Source: Marsupella aquatica (lineage: Eukaryota; Plantae; Marchantiophyta). From it: DNA of 64,000 nucleotides. Shown piece after piece: positions 1 to 13,364 of the stretch. The position numbers and the translations under genes were made by a program. Every line of letters begins with the position of its first letter. Within the stretch, counting starts at the first letter, position 1. The notes under the pieces are model-generated. The model made no database searches, had not been told where the DNA came from, and saw only the letters and a program-made list of their open reading frames with translations. The stretch lies in contig OZ316898.1 of the NCBI GenBank assembly GCA_973895155.1, positions 7,055,079 to 7,119,078 on the forward strand, read 5' to 3'.

Positions 1-1442
1 TAATGTTTTCTCTCCCCTCCCTTTTATCTTGATCTCCCCTCCCATGCGAGCTCCCATGCACCCTCCCTTTCTCTCCTCGCACTCTCCCTTTCCCTCCCTC
101 CAACATGCTTAAAAACAAAAAAACAAAGGAAGTAAAAACAAAATTATCCCAAAGAAAAGACAAAATTTCTCTTCATTTAAAAAGGGTGACAAAGCTCTCA
201 TACCAATGTACTTCCCATCTAGTGGCCCTAAAGTACTCAACCAACACATGCACCTTGTACTTAACAATGTACTTTCTAGTACATATTGTAGAAGCTAGTG
301 TATCCATTGAATATCCCCTTTCAGTCTATCCAAAGATGTCAAAAATAATACAATATACCTAATAGTATTGCTCATTCCATATTTTTCAAATTTGTAAACA
401 CACCATGTAACTAAAACTTTTGGCAAGATCCCTTATAATAGTGGTTGTGGTGTGGTTGTGGTTTGGTTGTTAAAATTTTAAGATTGTACTTGATTTAGCC
501 AAATACACTGCGGATGAAGTGCTCCGTCCTTGGGCATGGGCTAAAGTGGGATAAATGTGTGTATGTATGTGTTTGTTTCTCTCCACTGGGCGGAGGCATT
601 CACTACACACATGAGGTTGGTTTTAGGGCATCCAATACAGTTCCTCCCATAGCTCTACCTGGCATTTCAGTTTGTGTCTTTAGGGATTCAGTAAATTTGA
701 ATATCTATTTGGGCCCTTGGACTTTTTGACTCTTTTGCTTTTTGGCTCTTTGGTTTTCCCTGTTTTTTTTCCCCTTTTGTTTCCCCCCTTTACTGGGGTT
801 TGGCCTTTCGTATCATATTTCCCAGTAAGGCATTTTGATCCTTTGGAGTCTTATATATAAAAGCTCTCTGGTAACAAGGCATTATGGGCCTTAGTTCTAT
901 TTGACACGATGTTAATATACTTAAATGCCTAACAGATATATTGGTATTTTTAATTAGTAAGGTAGAGGAGAAGTTTCAAGATGCTTCCATCCCGATCTGG
1001 ACTGTGCATTATTCTCTACATGGATTAAAACAACTAACTGTGGAAATTCACAAAGGGCATTGAGAGTAGAGTAACTTACTGGTTAGAAGACATTGTGGAA
1101 TATAATGCTCCCAAAATTAAGGCTTTAGTCTAATTTGAGGAGACAATGTGGCCCACACTGCCCGTAAGCAGAGGACAAATGTATGTAATCTTGAGTGATT
1201 TTTGGAAACACACTATTTTTTTGTGCTGAAATTAGGGTCACATAATGTTTGGACAGAAAAATGAAGAAGTCAAAATGCTAAGCCATGCAAAGATTAGCAA
1301 ATTTTACATTTTGTTTTCCATGGTATTACTTTGTCCATTGCGTTACTTATTCCTAAATTGATGGGTCGTTGCATAATGTACATCTCAAATCAGGGTATGT
1401 GTTAGAATAAATCATTTCCCTGAAAATACTAAACAGAAACTC

Positions 1443-1770
1443 TGTTAGGCATTTAGTCTTAGGTTTAGGGGCAGTCATAGTTAGGCTAACCTTGTTGCGG
1501 ACTTGGTTAGGTTAGTTGTGCTACACTATACGCACAAGCAGGTTTTTGTTAGTGCAAAGGAACTTTAAGTTTATTGTTACAAAGTCAGTTGAGAAATAAG
1601 GAGAACTTGTGTTACAAAGACTTGGTATTTCTGATGGATCTAGAGTGCAATGAAACTATTGTGTGTTCCCATGAACATATTCTATTACTTGTTCATTAGA
1701 TGTTCATAAGTAATTGCCTTTGTGAATGTCATATTTGCTCATCAAACTCTTGAAAGTATTTACCTGAACA
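1443..1770 (+). mobile_element. Highly degenerate LTR of the copia family found at 20627/33695/35448/41708
   Basis: Starts TGTTAGGCATTTAGTC (41708 LTR starts TGTTAGGTATTTACTC). Contains GGTTAGGTTAG...CACTATA and TAGAGTGCAATGAAACTATTGTGTGTTCCC, matching the 41708 LTR. Ends ...CTGAACA. No TSD recognisable. Confidence 0.45.
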
Positions 1771-1780
1771 TCAGCCAAGC

Positions 1781-2040
1781 CACTAGTTTAGATCAGTTGG
1801 CCAAGGGATTAACCTAAACGCAAACTAACGTGCCAGGTTTAATCCCTGCTCCACATGCACAAGGGGTCTGGAGTGTATGGGGTGTGGTGGTGGGAGGACC
1901 CCTAGCTCTATGTTCCCTGCCTGGGGGCTTTGGGACCCTGGTTCAACCCTCTTTCCCTCCTGGTATAGGTAGTTGCCTGATCCCTAGGGATTGTCCTCTT
2001 GTGACTAGTTGACTACCCTACATAGTTGCATGCTCCAAAA
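1781..2040 (+). mobile_element. Possible tRNA-derived SINE
   Basis: Pol III A-box-like TAGATCAGTTGG (1789-1800) and B-box-like GGTTTAATCCC (1836-1846) at tRNA-like spacing. No clean cloverleaf; boundaries approximate. Confidence 0.3.
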
Positions 2041-3063
2041 CAGATTGTCTAATTGAATAGGCTTAAGATATGTTTTCGAGGAGAAACGACAACACAAGCA
2101 AGATGCCCATAGAGTCGTGATACTGTACTGAGAGACTTCCTTAGAAAGCGAAGTAATTAATAATAAAGGGGTGCTTTTAGGAGCTCATAAAGCCGATATT
2201 TTGCCTGACTTACCAGGCTCCAAACTCTGCCCCTTGGCAAGACTCCCTCGACCTGCACCAATCCGGAGCGCCTGCTTTCCATTTCTTTATGTCTCGAGTA
2301 TCGTTTACTGCCGCAGTCCTATTGGAGAGGAAGCTCAATATACAATAAATAAAACAAGCCGGACTGAAAAGTGAAAACGCCCCTGCTTTCTCATCCACAG
2401 AATTGTCCCAAGCCCACTTTGAGAAGTCCATTCCTGTAGTTACACATGGGAACAAAGCGACCTGGCGGAATCTTATTGGCCATGGAGATCTGCGTGTGTC
2501 AGAAAGGCTGCAGACTTGCCGTTGGATGATAGTTCTGGATTCTCCACTGGTATCTGATAATAGTCTTCGAACAGATCGAATTAATCATTGCCGTATATGT
2601 TCGAATCGACGGTCTAAGTGGGGGATCCAGGGCCGTAAGTAAATTGACGGTGTAAAGTACCCTCCCATATACCGTAGCGCCGGGACACCGCGCCATTCGA
2701 TTTTTGGGATTATTCTATTTTTCGAACACCCGAAATACCCTTGTATTAAAGTTCACATTCTTTTGCAATGTAACAGCATTTCTCCCAATTTGAAGCTGTT
2801 TGTTTGTGGGCATGGTGCGATATATGTTTTATGGTGCCAAAATCATCACCAATTTGCACTATTGAGGATTTCCAAGCTGTATCTACTAAACCCGAAATGT
2901 TGTTCGCATGGAATCATAATTGGACGTTTTGTTTTCCCTTCTTAATTGGTTTATGAGAAAGTGATATTGGATTCCTTTTCATGAAAGTAACGTACTGGGG
3001 CCCTCGTTTCAGTCGGCCTTGCCAAAGCCAACTAGTCTAGTCACATTGGTTGTGACCAATGTT

Positions 3064-3600
3064 TTTTGCCCTAAAGTAATATGATGATAGATGGCATCAT
3101 ATGGTGGAGATCCTATTAGGTGGCGGCTAATGAAGCTCATCGACTGTGCAGGTGTCACTTGAAGCTTGTGGTCAGAAGATTGGTGACATGGTAATTTTTT
3201 AGCAGCAAAAATTCATCGAACTCCACCTGTTGAATCATTGCCGGTTTGGCACCACAGGGTCTGTTGGCCCCAAGACTACCATCTATAATGGTTGTGCTTA
3301 AGTAGTGCAGTCACACTGGTGGTGTCTATACATTTTTTGCATTCTTTTGCCCTCATAGCAAACTGATGGATGGCACCCATTGGCGGACATGCTGTTAGGT
3401 GGCAGTTAATGAGCTCATCGATTGTGCAGTTGGAACTGGACCCTGGGCCGCTGGGGCCCCAGAGGTTAAAGACGGATTATGTTTTGTAGCCAAAAATGCA
3501 CCAAGCTCTACTCCCTCCCCAATCATTCTTCACTGTTGGCTCAAATTCCCCAAATTTTCTGGGTCTCATTCCTCCATTTCCGACCACACCACAGGGTCTA
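3064..3600. repeat. Diverged tandem duplication, unit about 280-330 bp
   Basis: TTTTGCCCT...GATGGCA...TTAGGTGGC...GCTCATCGA.TGTGCAG...CACCACAGGGTCT occurs at about 3064-3262 and 3345-3599. Confidence 0.6.
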
Positions 3601-5374
3601 GTAAGGCGTCTCAGGTCTGCAGGTCTCAGGTCTTCAGGACTGTAGCTTGGTCTGCAATCACTAGTGTGCGGACACAAAATACATATATTATAGGGAAACG
3701 AAAATGGTCAAACTACGTGTGAAAAATTGATAAAAGAAACATTCGTAGGATGTAGACCATGGCGAATTGTAACCCAGGTTAGGGGAGAAGAAGACGGGTT
3801 CCTGAAGATTTAGTCGACGGCCCACCGTGGCTCCGTCTGCGAGCTGTCAAAGCATCCCTTTGACAGAGGGCATCTCTTGTGCGTACGGTACTTTTTACTG
3901 CCGAAAGGCCAGGAGGCATCTGCTCGCTTGCGGGCTCGTTTGAACTGTCAAGCGGCCATGAAGAGGGAATTGACCACCGCTGACCTGTCAAGAAGGGATC
4001 TAGGTGTCAAGCGATCGACGATGCGCTTTTCTGTTCACTGCGTCGGGATGACAGGAACCGTCGATCGACGAGTGCCAGGTGCGAAATAACTATAGACCAT
4101 CCCCGCCTGTAAAGTAGATGCTAAATTAAATAGGTAGTTTCTTGGCCTAATTTGACACTTGATTATAAATACCGGAGATTTCTAGCGACGACGGCTACAG
4201 AGTCAATTGACTTTTAGCTTGGGTGCTTGGGGAAAGGGATTTCATATGACCCACCAGATTTAGAGCATTTCTAGTTGTAAGGTCAAATCAGCTTGTAGTC
4301 TCTAAAGGAAACATAAAGGGGTTCATTTTGGAGAGTTAGCTTCCCAACAGTAACCAGTATCCCAAATAAATGACAACCAATCTCCATTTTAGCAACCCTA
4401 GCTACCATATTTGAGATGGTGGCCCAAGACAAAAAAAAAAAAACCTATAACCTGGCCTGGACTCCCAGTACCTTAGAGCCTCAGAGTCGACATATCACAA
4501 GGCCTAGCATAGGGTTGAGATTTTGAATCTGCTTATGACAACACATCACTTTGGACAGGATAGTGATGAAAGAAAGAGAGAAAGGGAGGGGGGATGATTG
4601 AGTATGGTTTGTTTCAAATTCTTGGGCCTCCAAATGATAAGCTGAATTTTGCGTTGCCCCTATACTGCTGAAGATGGTTAGTGAATATAATAAGGCTAAG
4701 ACATGTTGGCAGAATTTGACTAGAGCTAAAACTTTATGGGAGCAGAATGCCCCTTGGCTCACTAATGGAATACAATATCCAGATATTGTGCTTGGTGGCA
4801 GATAGTAGGGCAACTCTAGGTACACTAGTGACTCATTTTTTAATTTATTTTTATTTAAGGGGAAATTGTGAAAACCCCACAGGAAGGGATTAGTCAATCA
4901 CAACATTTGAACCCAATAACTATCAGACTCCACTCAAGTGAGCTACTACACAACCATGCCTTTTTGGGCCATGGTGACTTAATCTTACATTGTGACTAAT
5001 TTGGTTGTATTCTACACTGTCCTGGATGGTGTTCAAATCTTGGCCAATGTGACCACCCTAAAGGACAAAGTATGGGTAACATTTGTGGAAAACTGACAAA
5101 GTTGGACCAATTTTTTGGCATGATGTGGGAGGAAAATTAGATTATTGGGACAGTAAAATCTAGGCATTAATACACAATACCAAATATTCAAAAAATCAAA
5201 TGCAAAATGGGCTGAAATTAATCAATGTTTTCTAGGAAAATTAACACTTTATGATGTGAACTACAAGATTTAATTAGGGCTTCTCAAAGCTGAAAATTTG
5301 AGTTCCAAGGAAAGCTGAAAATGTGATGGACCTTAACTGTCTAGTGACAGGTTATAATCTCAAAATGTTACCCA

Positions 5375-5570
5375 CTACAAAATTCATGGTCCATAACTTT
5401 TGGCCATGAGGGTTGGTTTCATCTCATAACCATTGGTCACTGTAGAGGCTGGTGAAGGAAAAAACAAAAACACTTTTACATAATTTTTTGAAAAAGTGAT
5501 GACAATTTTATTATGGCCAAATGTCATCATCCATTATTTCCAAGCTTTATTTCCAAGCTTTGAGACTCCC
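5375..5570 (+). repeat. Dispersed repeat, copy 1 (probable non-autonomous TE)
   Basis: CTACA.AATT.AT.GTCCATAA.TTTT.GCCATGAG...CATAACCATT...CTTTTACA...ATGTCATCAT...ATTTCCAAGCTTTGAGAC.CCC is shared with 63519-63690. Confidence 0.65.
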
Positions 5571-7826
5571 CAGTAGAATAGAAGACCCATCTAAAGACTC
5601 TCACACACGTTTACTCCTGTAGCAACCCGTGTGTAGAGGGAAGTTTATTAAATTGTTATTAAGTAGGTGGAAATGAAAGAACACCTTTCCAAACTTTCAT
5701 CTATTTTATAATCTAAAAACATACTGCAAAGCTTGAGTGAATGGCAAAACCACTCTAGAGTAGTGTTTTCGGAAGTTGTCACCCTTTAGTCATTTGGACA
5801 GTTACAAGTATCTAAGAGTATTGGAATAAAGAGTTGGGCTAGGGCATGGTCTGGGAAGCGCGCATTGAGAGAGATTGGACAAGTGTAGGAAAAAGGTGGG
5901 GAAGGCATGGGCAGGGATTAGGCAAAGAGTAGTGTAGAGGCAAGGGTGGGGATACATTTCTGAGGCTGCATGGGAATGCTGTACGCAATGCCCTAGTGAA
6001 AACACACTACTAGGGCACCCTCACTAACAAAAGTTCTTTGGTATTCATATATAGTTAGCCCGTCATCATAAGCTTCTCGTACGTTCTTTGCTTCAGATTG
6101 GCCCTCAACTCCCACCCAGGGCCCACCCCTAATCCTACCCTCAAACTTGGTTCATGGTTATGTGTCAGATCCGCATTCCTGCTCGTAACTTGTTCACTTA
6201 TCCTCTGGGGAAAAGGTCGAAGATTCAGGAAAAGGTTTTACTCTCTTAATGAAGTGGTAGCATGGCATCATAATTAGTTTGCATTATGATGTAATCCAAT
6301 AATTCGTTTTGGCATCATGTTTATTTGCACATTACCCTAAATCCCTAAACTAATAATTCGCATGGCATCGTATGTAACAAGGAAGTACCGTACGCAAGAT
6401 TATGGACGACGAAGATCCTGAAGGACAGAGAGGATCCTGGCGCAGCGGGACGACTTGACACTGAATGCCACGTAACGTAGTGTGCTCCATGCGTCGGAGT
6501 CCCATAAGGTACGTAGGGAGGAGGAGCATCCCCGATTGGGACGCGTGGCAATTCCCAACACGTGTCGTGGGAAGCTCCGCACGGAGGACTCGTCCCTCCC
6601 TCAGTGGCTCAGTCCCCTCCCCCCTCGTCCCCTTGGCCAGTTGAGAGGGCCCCAATCGCAGTCGTGTTCGCTTTCTTCGGTCGCGATTGCTTTGTGTCCG
6701 AGAGAAAGTAAAGGAAGGAAAGAAAGGTCGGGCGAAGACTACAATAGCGCGTGTGATTATTGGCAAGAATAGATGTGCTTTTCGTCTCGTGTCGGAGCTC
6801 GAAATGAAAGATGTCGCCTCCTCCATCCCCGCTACTACTAGTACGACGACTGTAGAGCGGAGTCTGGGTATCCCTGTCTGCTTCCTCCTCCTTTTGATAC
6901 TTGAGGCGAACGAATGACCAGTGTGGATCGACAACGCCGCCGACGCAAGGAGGAGGCTAAGAGCGTGGGTGCGGGTGAATGCGTGTCGTTCGCTGAAGCT
7001 GGCACCCCGAATTTCTTGTTTTGGTTTGGTGGTTAGCGTGATGAGTGGCACTGAGGAGCTCGTGCTGGAAGAGCAGGAGACGGGAGAAGGAAGAAAGTAG
7101 AGTACAAGTGTAGAGCGACGGCTTGCTCGACTGGGTCTCTCCACAATTGTGTTTGCTGTTGTGTTCCTCGTTGTTACGGTAGAATTACGACGAAGTGTTA
7201 CCACCTGAAAGAGTTACCGACCGCCTAGGGCAGGACGTCGGGTAGTGGTAATGAACTTTCGAGCCAGATGTCGAATTGCCTTCACCGCCTTCTTCTTCCA
7301 TCGAGTATAAGGAGGCGGAATTCCCCCAGCGCCCTTCATTGTTTTAGGTAGATAAATAGGTAGCATATAGGGAGTCCAGGCCAATTGCTCAAGGTTAAAT
7401 AAAATTGATCAAGCTTGGACGGAGATCTGGAAAGGAATCCATCACCACCTACAACAACAAAGATTGACAAGGCAGTTGTGACGATAACTAGTCAACTCGC
7501 TATTGTGCTAGACTAATAGCGTGCTGAACTTCTAGCACTGTCACAACGCCCTAAAAGACCGGAGGAGAAGGATCATCATCGACAATTAGTGCCAGGGATC
7601 CATATTGGAGCCTGTGTGAGCCGTGTTCATATTGTAGCAATCAACCAAGCAAAGAGCAGGAAGGAATACGGAGTTACTTCGCCGTGTTATTAGCGTGGTA
7701 AACGTCCTGATTTGAGGAAGGATAGCAAAGACGGGGTTGTATCGATCGAGGTCGAAGGGTTTGTACAGGACAGATTGCAAGATAGGAAAACTGGGGCGCC
7801 TGAAGTTTCAGAATTGGGGCACCACC

Positions 7827-10691
7827 ATGGGCGGTGAGTCAAGTAGCTCCAGCATTGATAGTTTGCAAGACATGCCGACTGGGACGGAATCGGAGTTGGT
7901 CCGAATTGGAGGCGCGCAGCTGTATCTCCTCGACGGGGTAGAGAGCGTGCGCATGGGAACTGGTGATTTTTCTCTTATTATGATTGTGCAAGCCACCACG
8001 CCTCTGGCGACATTGGTTGCGCAGGTTGCCGAATTTCAGTGGCCAATTGGGAAGGATGCCCCCGTGCTGAAAATCGCGAATCTCCGGTACACATTCGCTA
8101 TGCCCGGGCTTCTCTATGGCCTGATTCTTCCCGACGGCACTGCTGCAGAACATGTGCAAACGTTTGAGTCGTATCTGCGACAGTACTGCACATTCGAAAT
8201 CCGCCCTGAAATAGCCCAAGCTGCAGGTATATTTTTGTGTCTCTCGCTCTCTTGCCGCGCGTGGCAACAGCTGAGTATAGAGTCCATTCAGCTTCATTTA
8301 CAGCAGTGGGGCGGGGATGTGGGGGAGGAAAAAAATGCTGTTTACAGACACGCTAGACGACCAAAACTCAAAAGTGAACAGTTTTTGTGTGCAGATCTAT
8401 CATGTGAATGTCAAGCATCATTGTCAGTTCTTTCGTCCAGCCTTCTAACCAGGATTGGGTACCTGCGGCGCACCAGGGCGTGTGCTTCATGAGTATCAAT
8501 TCCCCACTGCACTTGAAAGTAAAGTCTTCACCTAGCTGTGACAGTAGAGCCTATTTTGATTAGATTTCGAGGTGTAGTTGCAGACTGCTGAGTGTTATTT
8601 CAGTAACTCGTTGGAAAAGCCATGCTTCTCACCGAGTGCACAGGAGGATAGCGGGCAAGTGCTCTCGTTGTGGTACTTTCTCAGGTTCCCTTTCAGCATG
8701 AGAGGCGTCCCAATTTTCGTTTCTCGCTCCGAGTAGTTACAGCAGATGGTTAGTTTTGTGGTACATATCAGGTCGTGTACCTTTTTTGTCGAGTGTTGCC
8801 AAAGGCTTCAAAACTTTTGAATGAGCGTAGCTGCTGCGTCATTTGAATTGTAGCGGGGCGGGGCGAGACCTTGGCGAAACCTTGGCGAAACCTGGGCGAT
8901 CATTTATGTTTACCCTAAGCACTGGACGTCGAGGGAGCTTACGTTTCTTCGGTTGACAACACTGGTTGCTGACGATGATCAGCAATGTTCTTGGATGGTG
9001 TTACGAGTGTCTCTCGGAGTAGTTGGGCGCACGGTTCTCTGTGTCGCGTGAAATCATTGACAGAAATTCTACTGTAGAAGCTAACCTGATCGACCCGTTC
9101 CACATTTGCAGCGGACCCTAGGCTGAAGTTGTTCCGTGTCATGAAATTTCTGTTGAGCATCTAAGCTAACGTACAGTTTTCTAAGCGGGCGTGCTTGAGA
9201 AGATATTCTTCGCCTTCCGTTCAAGGAAGTTGTTATACGATTTCTTATTCTCTTGACAGCACTAGAAACATGAGAAAGTAGAACGGACTAGGATTAGGAT
9301 TATTGTTTCCCTGCGCTCGAAAGATCCAGTTCTGTAACTGTATTGTGAGATTCGAAGACGAACATTTGTTTTTCCTGTTCTGGAAACTTAGCCCACGCGC
9401 TGTTCTCTTCTAATAGAATTTGAGTACTGAAGTGTGCAGCTCGAAGGTTTGAGAAGATGCACTAGTGAGTTTGGGTAAATATTGGTAGGAGAGGGCTTTT
9501 GAATCTATGTTTCGTAATTATTTGTCGGGTTCAATGGTTGCTGATCGTGCCCGCTCATTTATTTGACAAACAGGAGTGAGCGACTTAAGGCTGTGGTCTT
9601 CTGTGGGACGGCATGTGGACGGAGGATCAGAGGGAGCTCGTTATTGGACTGCTGTGGCTGACGATGTTGAAAGTTACAGCAGCAAGTTAGTCCGGCAGAT
9701 GCGAAGTGGATCGAAACTTGCAGCAAATAGTATTCTTAAAGGCGGCGAGTGGGCAACATGGGGAATTAGACAGGGAGGCTCGTACGTCAAAAACATCAGC
9801 GGCGCTCCTGCAGTCCTGAACGACGGAGACGAAATGAGTCTTCGTATGCAGAAGAGAGTTGATCAAGCGAGACGGATGTCTGCTGTCGCAAAACTTTTAT
9901 CAAGAACTGTCTTGAAAGGCGCCATAAGCGCCACGGGCCATGTCGCCAATTTCCTTGGAACGGCTATCAGCGGGGCTCCTCCCGTGCGAGCTTTGATGAG
10001 CTCGGATACTCGGAGAGAAGTCGTCGTGGCGAGTGTGGACGCATTTGCTCAAGTTGTGGAAGCGGTAGAGACCGCAGGAAAGTCTCTTGCGACGGCGACA
10101 AGCTCTGTGGGAACTGATATTGTGCAACATAAATTTGGAGAGCAAGCTGGTCAGGTCGCCCAAGAAGGAATGGGCGCAGTGGGAAACATGATTGATAGTA
10201 TGTGGACTCTCAACAAACTAGGGCTGTACATGCTATGGCATGCTACAACAGCGTCAACTGTGCTTAACAGTCGAAGCGGGGCGAAATCTCGATCAACATC
10301 GGGGACATCGTCCGAAGCAAGCATTCAAAGTGCTCGGCAGAGGAAGTCTCCCTCGAGCATCTCTCCTACCTCGGTTAGCACCGCACTGCAGCCCACTTTG
10401 TCTGCGGGCCGGGCGATATCTACCTCAGAACCAATGTCTGAGGATGTTCCCCGAACTGCGCAGCTGTTTCCCAATTCACCTGGTTGCTCGCAACCCCAGT
10501 ACTATGCTATTGCTCCTCCCAACCTGTACACGCATCATCGTCCTCAGAATATGCAAATGGCTCCACCAGGCTACGCTGCATACTATCACACGCAAAATTC
10601 CACCAGCCCCTTCCAACATTACAGGCGGCCTGGGGTTCCACCTCAGGTACAACCCTTCTTTCCCCACACCACGGAGGCCAAACCGCAATAA
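7827..10691 (+). CDS. Senescence/spartin-associated domain protein, ERD7-like; exons 7827-8226 and 9574-10691; about 505 aa
   Basis: Strong Kozak context (ACCACCATGG). Exon 1 encodes LVRIGGAQLYL...QWPIGKDAPVLK...YTFAMPGLLYGL, typical of the plant ERD7 N-terminus. A phase-1 GT-AG intron (8227-9573) joins in frame to YWTAVADDVESYSS...ARRMSAVAKLLS...VASVDAFAQVVEAVE...HKFGEQAG, the senescence domain. Confidence 0.88.
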
Positions 10692-12797
10692 ATGCTACAG
10701 ATCAAGACTGAAGATATAGATGCCGAGCAAATATCCAGTCGAGCATCATATGCTGCACAAGACGGTGAATGATGTACATATCTCCAGTACATGACCGATT
10801 GGAAAGAAGGAACTAAATTGCGGGCTCATTCTCGAAACACGCAGGACTTATTCCCGTGGGGTTCGTGCTGGTATAATACTTGCTGTACATTTGGAAGACA
10901 TGTTGTCACCCTCAGTTCCTCGAAGTAACTGTAACTTTAGTAGAGACCGAACAGTTTAGTCACGTCAATATCCACCACCGAATTGGTGCGAGCCATCAAC
11001 CATCACGGCCTTCATACAGACGTAGATCGCTTGTACCGAGTCTGAAGAGGGTAGGAAAAATCGGCGTAGTAGCTGCATGTGTATTGATGTCCCATGCACA
11101 TGCAGCAAACAGCCTTCTGTTGTAGTGTTCTAAGTTTAAGCAGGCAGACCGATGTTGATACCAATGGCATTGGACTGACAGAACACTCCTACGAGCTAGA
11201 ATTGGTCATGAAGTGGAGTTTAGTTGTTGGAGATAAGTTTCCGTCATCGAAGCAAGATAAAGCGTCTGGACAGTAGATTGCCTTCAAAGTAGGTTTAGAG
11301 TTACAGTGACAGTTCATGTGCAGTAGCGTTGTTTCCCAAGTCGCGTAGTGTTAGGTAACAGTTTTGAAGGTTGGAGAGTACCATAATTAGAAGAAGTCCA
11401 CGCATAGGATAGGGTTCTTGGATTGATGGTGTATGTGGACAAGACCTGCGAGCCTCATTGAGTGTGAGCAAACTAAATCGAGCAGAGCTTGAACGTACTG
11501 ATGTGCATGTTGATCAGTCTGTTGACTAGGTAAGAAGGAAACATCCGTAAGTTGGATAATTCAAAGTATCGTCGCGCGCAACCTCGGCTAGCTCTCCTTA
11601 GTAGCCAGCGAAGGCAAGCTGATCGCTAGTTCGATGTGTCGGGGTCATTCTTATTGATCTTGCAATATTCGCAATCGAGATATTGTTTCAATATTCATAT
11701 TGGTGACCAAATGACCTTGACTAACTTTTACATAGCTTTCAATCCTCCAAATTCCGGTGGTTTACGTTCAAAATTCACTGTTAAAGCACCATAACCTTTC
11801 CTGTCATCAATCGTCCACGAAATGCTGTTCGAGCACTCGCCTACGAATGCCGCAGTTGTGATACGTTACTGAGCCGTATTTTACTACAAAATTTCATATG
11901 TTACAATCATGGGGCTGTAATTGCCAAACGTCGAAAGTACACACTGTTCGATGGGTAATCTTCCAGCGAATTGACGATAAGTTCTGTTCGAACTAAATTA
12001 TTGATAATCATGCTCGTAAACTGGTCGCCGATATTTCCACACAGGTGTCATTACAACGAATTGGCACCGAAGTGAAGCTCTGAGAGTTCGACACAGGTGT
12101 CGTTAGAGCAGTTCGGCACCGAATTTTCTTTGTCCCGTCACTCACTGATGCCTGTCGTTCATTCCCGCGTGACGAGCACCATCGAAGCCATCCACACAAA
12201 TGATACGAGTCAGCTCGACTTACGGCTGTCAACCTTTCCGGAATCATGAGCGTCCAAGCCGTCCACAAAACCGAAATACGTCGGCTGTCATACGCATGCT
12301 ATCGCAGAACCTGTACCCCGGTTTCCAGCAACACCAACTAGCCTCCAATCTTCCATACAAATCATTCACGCGCGTCATTGCTTGAGAACGTCGCAGCAAT
12401 CGAACGGTACAGACCGGCATCGAGCTCTCTTAGAACCAACCAACTGTCCGCGCGCTGACGATGGCAGTGACCGAGCTCGGCATGCTGCTGTCGTGTTTCG
12501 CAGGCCTTTCAGGACGCATGCTAGATCATGTCCATTCATACTCCAATCCCACCATTAAATGTCGAGCTACGAGCGTACAGTAGGTGTGGTCCCACCATGA
12601 TTGAGAACATGTCTCCGCTCCATTTCCCCGGGCTCGGATCCTGTCCCTCATCCAAACCTCTACACCTGGAAGGTATGCAAGTGTCCATTACTAGTTCAAT
12701 GTTCCCAACTTCACATGCCATCTTGCAAACGAGTTCGCTACTGGGATTTATACATACTAGCCTATCTATGAACTCGCTAAGTGAGGTGAGACCGTGA

Positions 12798-13364
12798 GAG
12801 CATCTCCAACGGTGTACACTATTTACTGCACACGTTAAACTAGCCTTGACTACTTGTTTCTTGAACGGAAAGAGAAGGATTACTTGTTTCTTGAAGGGGA
12901 AGGAGGGATGAGGACAAAAAAGTACCCTTGCACAAAAAGGAATCATGATTGTTTTGTCTACATTTTCACTAAGTGTTTTGTGATCTAGAGTAGAGTCATG
13001 ATCTAGAGGTTTCACTCTAGACAGTAGGCCTTCAAAATAGTTTAGGTTTGCAAATTATCAGTAAGACATAGCATTAAGAGTTATCTCTTTTCAGTACAAC
13101 CAAGGATGATGTGTCCACAAGCCCAATGGTTTTTCAGAACCTCCCAACATACTCACCATTTGGATACTGAACATCAGATATTGGAGATCAATGCGTTATA
13201 CAGTAACTCATAAAACTACAGTAGCTTACAATAACCCACTTGGGTTGCCTTTTTGGTTCAACTCTACATGGTTTGGTCAACATAACATGACATTAGACCA
13301 ACCCAGGTTAGAGTAGACCAACCCAGGTTAGAGTAGACCAACCCATTACCCCTTGGAGATGCTC
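12798..13364. mobile_element. PIF/Harbinger (Tourist-like) MITE, 567 bp
   Basis: Perfect 12-bp TIRs GAGCATCTCCAA / TTGGAGATGCTC. 3-bp TSD TGA on both sides (12795-97, 13365-67). Internal 20-bp tandem repeat TAGACCAACCCAGGTTAGAG near 13294-13345. Confidence 0.85.

Noticed and set aside
6350-7204. 284-aa minus-strand ORF
   Set aside because: Low-complexity Ser/Arg/Thr translation with no recognisable domain. It overlaps the GC-rich probable promoter/5'-UTR of the + strand senescence-domain gene.
7600-7635. miR171-like sequence TGAGCCGTGTTCATATTG
   Set aside because: Several mismatches to miR171 and no extended foldback precursor.
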